Positions 1-10,294 of a stretch of 64,000 nucleotides of DNA are shown in pieces. Below the pieces are notes generated by a model. It saw only the letters and a program-made list of their open reading frames with translations, searched no databases and was not told where the DNA came from. How positions within the stretch are numbered: the stretch's first letter is position 1; each line of letters begins with the position of its first letter. This DNA comes from Dimorphilus gyrociliatus (lineage: Eukaryota > Animalia > Annelida): assembly GCA_904063045.1 (NCBI GenBank), contig CAJFCJ010000015.1, forward strand, positions 992,001 to 1,056,000, read 5' to 3'. The position numbers and the translations under genes were made by a program.

Positions 1-467
1 ACATGTTCTTGAATTTTTGAATACTTACACACACTAGCTACGAAGGGTACGGAAGTTAAGTCAAAAACAGGAAATGTTTTCAATAGCAATCCATAGCAAG
101 CATTACAAGCAATACCACAAATTATTAGAGGCATAGGCAAATCTTCGGTCAAGAGAAAGAGAAGTTGAATGCCTGTTACAATCTGTAGAGTATAGAAAAA
201 TCAAGCAAAAATTTTAAATTTTCTTATAAATTACTTACAATTAAAGTATATTTTATAATTTTTCCAGATATGACACAATACTCCTCAACTAATTCCGCCA
301 GATAATACAAACCACAAGCTGAACAAAAAAAATTATATTGAGCGATAATAAATAGTTCGGTGTATTTAAGTCAGAATATACCAATCTAATATCATACCTA
401 TTGACAATGTAAAAAAGCATATTTGGATGAACAGGGAAACCCAACTTAATAAATACAGTAACCACAT
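1..467 (-). CDS. TEX261: TEX261/Svp26-like ER-Golgi cargo adaptor, 5' part (runs off the left edge; absent from the ORF track)
   Basis: Manual minus-strand translation across GT-AG introns: ATG at 467, MWLLYLLSWVSLFIQICFFTLSI / ACGLYYLAELVEEYCVISGKIIKYTLI / IVTGIQLLFLLTEDLPMPLIICG...LLKTFPVFDLTSVPF. The GLYYLAEL(V/I)EEY motif is diagnostic of TEX261/Svp26. Confidence 0.88.
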
Positions 468-613
468 AATAAAGAAATATTTTACTAAACTAATAAGTTC
501 AACAACTCGGAGTAGAGAAAACTGGTTACAGAGTCAAGGAGAGAGTGTTTCGAAAGATTGCAGCAAGTTATTAACAAATTAATTCAAATTTCTACATAAG
601 GAAAATTTTTGAA

Positions 614-3600
614 ATGTCTTTTCTCTGTGGAGTATGTGAAGGTAATATATTGGATTAAGTTTATCAGCAGGAACATTATTTAATCTTATACAATCACCTA
701 CAATATTCAATAATCTGTGTGGTATCATTGTGTAGGCGAAATAATAATTGTTTACAATATAATTTAAGCATCAACTTCCCTCTTCTTGCAGTATTGCAGA
801 ATAAAAATTTATAGTTACTTGTCTTTAAATATATACAAATAAATAATACAGCATTCTAGCCATATTTTTATCGTTTCAAGACATATTTTTTGTTTTGAAA
901 GATAATTTAGTCAATTTATTGATTGCAGTCTTCGATCTCAGTTTGCTGCTAACGAAGTTGTATTTGTATTAAATTTAAAGGCCTTTTGTGTTTCAATGCT
1001 AATTTATTGATGCTCTGTTTTTTTTTTTAGAGAATTTTTTTTATATAATTATTAAATACAAACCATTTTCACATTTATAGGGTTTTATGGAAAACCATGG
1101 AGATCGGATCAAAGAAAATCTTTATTTGAACGGTAATGTATTGGAAAGCTAATCAAGTTTTTAGACTGTATAATTATAATATTTGATGTTTTTTTAGCAT
1201 GAACAAAATCGGACTTAATACTTATTTATACGCTCCAAAAGAAGATTTAAAGCATAGAGCTAATTGGAGGGAGTTATATACAACAGAAGAAAGCGGTTAG
1301 TTATATGGATTCTTCATTCTATTTCAATTAATAATAAAAACAAATGGTTTTTCTCTAATAGACGATTTAGCATCTTTAATCCAATATGCTCAGAAGAATA
1401 ATGTTAAATTTATATACGCTCTCTCTCCTGGATTAGACATCAGCTATAGTAATAATGAAGAATTAAACAAACTAAAAGCCAAACTACATCAAGTATGCTA
1501 TAAGAAATTTACATATTCTACTTGTTAATAAATAATTTTACCTCAAATACAGGTTTCTAAATTAGGATGTACAGCATTCGCATTATTATTTGATGATATA
1601 GAAACAAAGATGTTCCCTGAAGATGAAAATGAATTTGGAACTTTCGCCAAAGCCCAATGTCACATTACAAATGCAGCATATAGCGATCTTAAGGAATGCG
1701 ATCTGTTCATGTTCTGTCCAACAGGTAATTTTTACTTTTTTTAATGTAATATCTTAGAATTTACATTGTTAATTGTTTTTACAGAATATTGCAGTACACG
1801 AGCTGATCCTGATGTGAAGAGCTCATTATATTTACAAACTATAGGTTCAAATTTAAACAACGATATTCTTATTTTATGGACCGGGCCTAAAGTTGTATCC
1901 AAGTATATTACTGTGGATAACATAATAGAGGTGAGATAAATGTAAACAAATATGTTAGCAAAATGTTTTTATCATTATCATTTAGCTACAAGAACAAATT
2001 AAACGGAAACCAATAATTTGGGACAATATTCACGCAAATGATTACGATCAAACAAGAATATATCTTGGACCTTATAGAGGAAGAGAGTCTGGTATTAAGG
2101 AATTCGTAGCAGTAAGTTAAGCATAATGCCATTTTTAATCTATATTTTCTAGTATTGATGTTTTTAATAAATACTAAAAATTGTACATATCATTGAATGA
2201 TTAAAGGGAATTCTAAGTAATCCGAATTGTGAGTTTGAAGTCAATTTTATACCTCTTCATACCTTGGCCCAATGGTGTGATCCGCTATCTTTACCCTTAA
2301 TGGACGACAGCTTTAAAGGTAATTGAATTTTCTTTTTATTGAAAACATACTATCTAATTTACGTATTTACGCTTATTTACGCGAAATCAATGAATTATTA
2401 CAGAACAAGAGCCGGCGAAGAGCTCTGAAACTGTTGACTATCATCCAGATGTAGCTTTAAAAAGAGCGATTAAAGCGTGGGTTCCATATATATATACATC
2501 AGTTGGAACGGAAGGTATAACACCAGCATCATTCGATAATACCGATTTTGAGCAACATAAAAAGAAATTAAAAAAGAGACTCTCGGATGATTTAATTAAC
2601 GAAGACGATCTGTTATTACTAGCCGAACTTTTCTATTTGCCTGAAGAGTATGGTTCAGTTGGTATTCATTTGTTAACCGAAGCTAGCTGGTTATTAAATA
2701 ACGCTGATTCAGTAAATGAACAAGAATCAAATTCTCGCGAAATATCAACTAAAAAACCAATAGTAAGGATAATTATTCAATTAAATAAGCTAAATTCTTC
2801 TTTATATATAATTATAATATACAATTAATTCAGTGTCCGGAAGGTAGGAGCTGGCATAGAAGGGCGTTAGATTTCCATGATAAACACGCGGAGGTAAAAT
2901 GAATTTCCTACTACAAATAATTAATTTATATTTTATCTTAATAATTCGCTTATTCCTTTTATTTTCGTTTAATAATTACAACTAGATTTGCGACATGATG
3001 GATAAATTATTGAAAATACCGAATAGAGCTTTTTTGTACGAAATCTATAATTATGTTTCTGATTTACGAAATGTTCTCAGTATGATTAATTCTTATGTAA
3101 CTTGGCACGGTAAATAGCTTGTACATAATTAGTAATTTATATATTAATTTTATAATATATATATCTTGTATATGTGCGTTTATACAAAAGGATTAGGGAG
3201 GAAAACTCGAGAACCTTTTAGCAGAGATGAACCTGAACCGTGGGTAAAGCACGGAGGATTACAAGGTGAATTTCGACGACTACTTAATGTTGAAGGAAAA
3301 TACGATTTGTTTCCTAGGAAATCTTCAGTACCAAAAGTATTTACCGTAAGAAACTTTCTAAAATCTGATAAGGTATTAAAAGAGTTGAATATAAATCAAT
3401 TAAGCCGTTACGTAATTAAATAACCTATTTGTTTTAATAGGAAAAATTATACAAGTTCTTTGAAAGCGACAAGGAACTGTTTCCAAACTTTCCTAATATG
3501 CTTGCCGATCACGTAGTTGGCGTTCATATCGAATTAGAACCTTCTTTATGTTTCATTCTAGAAGATGATTTCACCAATATCATCAGCTTCGCTCTAGCAA

Positions 3601-4085
3601 CTATAAATATTAAGGATTTTATGAAAAAAGCCGAAGAAAGCTATATTGTAGAATTAAAAAAGAAGTACAACCTACAATTATTCCCTGAGGAGCAACTTAC
3701 TGAAATGGAAAGGGTATTTATTATAAGTGTATATTTAAATAGATATCTCTATTTATATATTTACTATTGCATTATACTTTAGTCAACTATCGAGAGATTG
3801 AATAATCGTGGGAAAGTTCACGATGGTCTCTGCGACAAATATCCTGGATTTTTGCATTTCATTACCAATTCACACCATTTGGCCGATAAAGAATCGTGTG
3901 TAGGAATGCAGAAATTACTCTTAACCGTCAAAAATTATCTAAAACAAAATGGTGTACAAGGAGTTCACTGCTGTTTGGATTCAAGTCAATCTAAAATCAA
4001 AGATATCTATTATAAAATAGGTTTTATAGATTTTATGAAGAAGAAAGAAGAGAGCAAAAGCGATATTTTAATCTTAAAATTGTAG
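614..4085 (+). CDS. OGA: O-GlcNAcase (GH84 catalytic domain, stalk, C-terminal pseudo-HAT domain), multi-exon
   Basis: Spliced reading [16 protein letters not shown]; [12 protein letters not shown]; catalytic FALLFDDI (DD at 1592-1597); [10 protein letters not shown]; [11 protein letters not shown]; C-terminal [15 protein letters not shown] pseudo-acetyltransferase segment; stop at 4085. Confidence 0.93.
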
Positions 4086-4409
4086 ATAAAGGAGAATATC
4101 TTCTTCCTCTTTATCTTTTTTCTTCTTTTGCATTTGACACTATAGAAGTGATTTAAAAAAAAAGTCTATTTTCCTTAAAACAAATGAATATTTTTGTTTA
4201 AAAAACATAAAAGCTGAAAAAACATAAAAATAAAAAAAGAAGAAGAAAGGAATGGAATAAATTGCTTAATTAATAAATGTTAGGAGCTTTAAAGTTTATT
4301 TTCTATTGAATTCCAAATAAAAAGTCTTTAACTTGTTTTGTTGATGTGTTTCCATGTTACACGCGCAGTTACGAACTCGTATTTTTGTTTGTTGCCGTAA
4401 CGCCTATAT

Positions 4410-5503
4410 CTAAATGGGAGTAATCCTTAGAAGTCTTAAAGCAGATATTATGCAGAGTATAAGGGCAGCTACATTAAATGTACAAGAGCCTAAAGTATAC
4501 TGTATATGACTTTGTATTCGATTTCTTATAGCTTTAAAGCAAGATGTTGTATAAGTGACTTCTGGATCTCCATCTATCATACATTTTCTCCAATTATAGA
4601 CGGCTTTTATGCCTAAAGATCTTGAATTCCTCTCAAACGGGTAACTAATTCCGTTAGACGATACACAACAACTCGGTGGATATCTAGGCCTAAAATCTAT
4701 ACCGGGATCTATAGTATTGCTGGACCATTCACTATGTTGGAAAGAGTTAGGATCAGTAGAATAGTCGTTTATAGATTGCCTAACTCCGCAACACTTTAAC
4801 TAAAATGATTAAAACTATATTTTATATAGAATTTTATGAATTTATTTACATGAAATTGAGCTGTATCCCATGCAACTGACACTAGATTATCATCCAACTG
4901 CAATTCGCCATTGCGTAATAATGGTTTAGATTTATAATATTCTGCAAGATGAATATGCAAGCCTTCGTTAAGTCTTTCGGTATTTTGCGTATGGAATTTT
5001 GATGCTAGAACTATAGCGGAACTTTGCATCATGAAAACGATGTTTATGAGTAGGATATAAACTTCTAAGATAGTTCCAATGTTCCAGAGAGCGCCAAAAA
5101 AGCCGAAAACTATTAGAAATAACTTTAATATTGTGCCTACTATAACCAAGATGTTGGCAATTGCTAATGAAGAATACTCGTCGAAATTAGCTGATTGATT
5201 AACTACGGAGAAAACTTTAATAATGGGATCGTATCTTATTGTTGATAGGCTAAACGAAGATAAAAATAAAGTTATTAATCCAATAACGAAACTGATAACT
5301 TGGATTATAAGAAAGAGAAGATGCTGTTTCGATAAGACGATTTTTTTCTGAAGTTTATTTTCATCCGATATAGGTTTATCTTCAGCCTCCTCTTCATTCA
5401 ATCTTTCTTTCAATTGTATTTCTTTATCCGCTATATCTTCTTGAGTAGGTGGAGGAGGAGGGGGAAGGGGAAGATCTAAAGTAGAATCTGGGAGATTTAT
5501 CAT
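4410..5503 (-). CDS. Tetraspanin, two coding exons (50-nt intron 4800-4849)
   Basis: Likely ATG at 5503 (the ORF track starts further upstream). Three TM helices in exon 1. Exon 2 reads LKCCGVRQ...YPPSCCVS...TSCFKAI then TM4 and stop at 4410, giving the CCG and PxSCC tetraspanin signatures. Confidence 0.87.
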
Positions 5504-5753
5504 TATTCCCAATAATTCAAATATTTGAATAAGATTATTATGACTAAAATAAAAAATCCATTTATTTCTTTGCTCTGCTTTCTTTTTTCTACTATTGAAG
5601 TTCTTTCCTACTATATTCAATATCAATGTAGAGTTAGGCCTACTAGTTCAATAGTGAAATTCACTGATGCATAAAGGGTAGGTAGTGGAGTATTATTAAA
5701 GTCTGAATCTAGATGATTTGAAAGAAATTGTTTTTTTTGAGCATTTATTAACA

Positions 5754-8144
5754 ATGAAATGTTTACTATTGTTAGTAATTTATCAGTTTTTATCCATTAA
5801 TTGCACGGATATTTTTACATCATTAACACATTTAAAAGATATAATTGAGAATGAAGAAATTCTTTTAAAAACTGTTAGTGACTACGTGACATCGGAAGAG
5901 GATAAAATAAATAACTTAGAAAGGTTAAAGATAATTATTTTCTCTTAAAAATATCGAATTTATTGTTTTATAAATAATAGATTCGTTGAATTATCTAAAG
6001 AAGAACCAATAAAGAAATCTCTGTTATCTAATAAAACAGTTGATGAATATCTATCTCATCCTTTAAACGCTTACTATTTGATAAAGAAATATGCTTTAAA
6101 TTTGGAAAGATTAGCTCAAGTGGGAAATTACAATAAATCTCTTGTTGGTATGTTAATGGAATTTATAGTATTATTTATCTTATTATCAGTTAAATCGTTT
6201 TCTAAATATGAATTTTTTTTAAACAGCAAACTTTCCAGACGAAACAGATATTGCAGGAGCTGCAGCAGGTATTATCCGACTACAAAGAACTTATCAACTA
6301 TCTACAAACGACCTTGCTAATGGAAATATTAAAGGGTTTGTATACAAGGTAGTTTAGTTTTGATATTTTACACATTGATTTTTTATGTTTGTTTTTTAGT
6401 TTCAAAGCTGATCCGTTAAACTCTGACGATTGTTATAGATTGGGTGAATCGTCTAAGGAAAATTCAGAATTAGGTTTAGCTGTTCAATGGTTTAATAAAA
6501 GTATTGAGAAACTGCACGATGGGAGTAATAATAGACGTATAGAAGATATTGTTAGTCTCGTTGTGGATATGTTCCTACTGGTCAGTTTATTAAGTAATAA
6601 TTGTAATAGTTATAATAATAATTCATTTATTTAAAGATGGGTAATGGAAAAAAAGCTTTAGATATTTATAGTTTTGCTATAAAGACGGGTATGTACTTTC
6701 TTTTTATAAGCTAATAGATATAAACGTATATTCATTTTAGCTAAGAGTGATGAATCAAAGGAATTTTTTCAAGCTGAGCTTGATGACTATAATGAATTAT
6801 ATAAGGAAATTGATGTAGAAGAAAATAGTTCTATTCACGATGAATATTCATGGAGAAAGACAGAACCCGAGTGGAAAGTTAAATACGAAGAAATGTGTAG
6901 AGGACAATTTAAGCAAGTATGCATATATTTAATATATAAATACTTTTAGTATAAAGAGTTATTACAACATTCCAAAAGAACAGCAAATATGCGAAACATT
7001 TAAGATGCCGATACGTTAAAAGTTCAACATGTCCTTACGAAATTTTTAAGCAAGAAATCCTTAGCTTCAGTCCATTTATATCTATGTTTCACGATATAAT
7101 ATCAGATAAGGAGGGCGAACTACTTAAGGAATTGGCAAAACCAACAGTAAGTAGAATATATTATGTTAAAAGAGAGTGTTAATGAATAAACTTAAATGAA
7201 CTCTGTTAAATAGTTGGAGAGAGCTCAAGTTGGTGTAGCTTCAAAACCAGAATTAACAACTCAGAGGATTGGAAAAGTGTAGTTATTTCATTTATTATAT
7301 TAGTATTTTGAATAATATATTTATCATATTAATCCGAATTTACTTAAATATAGAGGATGGGTTTGGGATAATTACGATGGTATAGGTGTTACAAAGTTAT
7401 CAAATAGAGTTGCAAGGGCAACAGGCTTGAGTACAACTTTTAGACATATCATGACAGATGCAGAACCGTTTCAAGTTGTTAATTACGGCGTAGGCGGACA
7501 ATACGAGCCTCATACAGATTTTTACCTGGTGAAAATTAATTTATTAATTAATTAATACATTGATGATTTAATTAAATTATTAATCTTTTATTCTATTTCC
7601 ATTCGAAACAAAATAGCAAAGATCCGATTTAAATACAGTTCCCGAATTTTTACTGAATACTGGTGACCGTATAGCTACCTGGATGTTCTATTTGAGTACT
7701 ATACATGCTGGTGGGGCAACAGTATTTCCAGACGTTGAGGTTGCTGTACCACCGATTAAGGTATTAATGAAAAAGTAAATTTTTTGAATGCTAAAAACTA
7801 AATAATTTTACAAGAATGCGGCGGCATTTTGGTATAATTTTGAGGAAGGGGGTGATATGGATATGAGGACAAGTCATGCTGGATGTCCTATTTTATTGGG
7901 ACAAAAATGGGGTAATCTAAATATTTTATTCGATAATCAATGATTATAATAATATAATTTAATTTCTTTTGAAATAGTTGCTAACAAATGGATACGAGAA
8001 TTTGGACAATTCTTTACTAGACGTTGCCCAATAAGTGAATTTTTTGCCAATGAAGATAAATACTTATTGAGCTTGGGCTATAGTAAAAGGGAGATCGAAG
8101 AGATAAATTTTTATAGCGAAAGACCACCGCAACCAGATCAATGA
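5754..8144 (+). CDS. P4HA: Prolyl 4-hydroxylase subunit alpha, multi-exon
   Basis: Signal peptide MKCLLLLVIYQFLSINC; YLSHPLNAYYLIKK; FPDETDIAGAAAGIIRLQRTY; QVVNYGVGGQYEPHTDF (HxD); GDRIATWMFYL; TSHAGCPILLGQKWVANKWIRE (distal His and Lys intact). Confidence 0.93.
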
Positions 8145-8331
8145 TAGGTTTCCATATTGATAAAATACACATTATGCTATATATTGAATAAAAATCCATT
8201 AATAGCTTTTGCATTGATTCATCTTGAAAGCTATAAATGAAACAATTTACATGTCCTTGATCTATTTTAGAAGACATACAAAAGATTTGAATAGAAATTA
8301 TGAGTGCTAATAATGTAGCGGAACTATCAAG

Positions 8332-8371
8332 CTCTCTTTCTCTTCCTCTCTCTCTCTCTCTCTCTCGCTCT
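8332..8371. repeat. (CT)n microsatellite between the convergent P4HA and GPCR 3' ends
   Basis: Imperfect ctctct run seen directly. Confidence 0.9.
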
Positions 8372-8623
8372 CGCCGTGTATGAGCTACCATTTATATATA
8401 CCCATTATATTCTACTTCTTTGTAACGATATTGTACGTACTACCCTGGAAAATTTTTTTTACATGTATTTTGAGAAGGGAACATTTAATAAATAAAAAAT
8501 GGACGACCTATAATCATAAATGCACTTTTTAAAAGTATGAGCAAGGTTAAAGATACATTTCTATTTCACATATAAAACTTTCATATGACTTTTGAAACAA
8601 ATAGCAGAAACATACAAAAATGA

Positions 8624-9673
8624 TCAAGTTTGGGATATTTCGCTTGGATATATCCTTGATCTTCTCCTCGTAAAATTGTATATTAAATCAGTGATACTAC
8701 TTCTGCTCCTTTCTGAACGATTCGGAGTAAATTGTGGATCGTAACCAGAGAATGTTGTCATACTTGAAGAGCGTGAGTCGATTTCTTGGCAGTCGCACGA
8801 TTTAATAAATTTTCTATACAATTTCCCAAAAGCTGGTCGAAAGTCTGAAGTTTTAAAAGCGAATATCCATGGATTAACGGCACTGCATATCAAAGATAAT
8901 ACTGATAATAGCATGGACATGTTATTAGAGATTGGTCCAATCTCTGTAACTTGTAAAATATCAATAATTCTAAATGGACACCAAAAAAAGATATATACAG
9001 ATAAAAGGATTGTTAATGCTTTAATACATTTCCTATTTCTAGAACGTTGACGGGCTTCAAGTGGTCCTAAAACAGCTGATTCTACGGCTTCTATAGCTCT
9101 TAACTGAACGGTAACAATTTTCCATATTCGAAAATATACTACAATAAGTACGATAACTGGAGGAATAAATAGAAGATTAAGCGAAATTACAAGGAGAAGG
9201 TCGTTTTCTTTACAGTTATTAGTTAATTTTGAGTAAATGAAAGGCAAAAAAGATAAAGTAATGGCATAAATCCAACAGAAAATAGTTACAATTATAACAC
9301 GAAAAGTTGAAACTACTTGACTGTACGTTAAAGGTGATTTTATAGCCGTATAACGGTCGAAGGCAACTGCCGCAACATTCGTTATACTCAACCCACAAAT
9401 AATTCTGGAAATTGTCAAGGCCAGAGAACAAAGTTTATTCATTTCTTCGTCATTTTCTTTTAGGTAGAATATAAGGGCGACTGGTGCGATTAATCCTATA
9501 CACATATCCGTTACTGCTAACGAAACTATTGAATAATTACTTGTAGTTCGAATCTTGTGAAAGTATGCCATTGAAATTAATACTAAAGAATTCGAGAAGA
9601 ATAATAACATTAATAATAGACCACCGATAGCAACTAAAAAGGAAGAAGCAGAGAACCAAGATGATGATGCCAT
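8624..9673 (-). CDS. Class A GPCR, single coding exon (adenosine/biogenic-amine-receptor-like orphan)
   Basis: 349 aa ORF with 7 hydrophobic segments: LAVTD, FDRY, FFWCPF, NPWIF. An acceptor (ttaccag) lies 6 nt before the ATG and a candidate donor lies near 9845, suggesting a 5'UTR intron. Confidence 0.9.
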   Translation of the reverse strand: MASSSWFSASSFLVAIGGLLLMLLFFSNSLVLISMAYFHKIRTTSNYSIVSLAVTDMCIGLIAPVALIFYLKENDEEMNKLCSLALTISRIICGLSITNVAAVAFDRYTAIKSPLTYSQVVSTFRVIIVTIFCWIYAITLSFLPFIYSKLTNNCKENDLLLVISLNLLFIPPVIVLIVVYFRIWKIVTVQLRAIEAVESAVLGPLEARQRSRNRKCIKALTILLSVYIFFWCPFRIIDILQVTEIGPISNNMSMLLSVLSLICSAVNPWIFAFKTSDFRPAFGKLYRKFIKSCDCQEIDSRSSSMTTFSGYDPQFTPNRSERSRSSITDLIYNFTRRRSRIYPSEISQT

Positions 9674-10294
9674 TGTAAACTGGTAAATATATATTTTATT
9701 TTCAATATTTCGATATATTCATTCCATAGATTTCAATCTATTAAAAAAGTTAAAACATGTATTTTACATAAAATTAGGAAAGAAATAAGAAATTAAATAT
9801 AATGTATAAAGCAAAAAACAAAAATTATCACATAATTAATAGACCTGGACTACAACGAAGCGACGAGTGACAGTTGAATTATGAAAGAAAAACTATTCTT
9901 CCGAGTACGCCTTTGATGAAGCGCCTCCAGTCTCCTACGTTATTATTGATCTGAGATGTAATATATATTCAATAAAGCCGACTCTCAATGCAATTAACAA
10001 GATTTTTATTGTATAGAATCCTAGAAATTTTCTTTTTTCGGTTTAGAAAAGATAATTAAATATGGTATACAGTTGAAAGGAAAAAGACCAGGGGAAATAG
10101 ATAGGGAGGAAGAAAGGAGAGAGTGAAGAAATAGAATGAATAGCAATAACTTATGTAGTGACGCCGTTTCTATATAATAATATAATTGTATTTAATACTT
10201 AAACTGTATTGTATATATATATATATATTATATAACTTATTAATGAGCATTTCTGAAATTAATAAAGGTTAGATTCATTGTTTTATCATAAATG

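Noticed and set aside
1241-1246. OGA APKDD appears as APKED, which at first looked like loss of a catalytic Asp
   Set aside because: The catalytic pair of GH84 is the FDD motif (human D174/D175), which is intact at 1592-1597. The change is a conservative substitution elsewhere.
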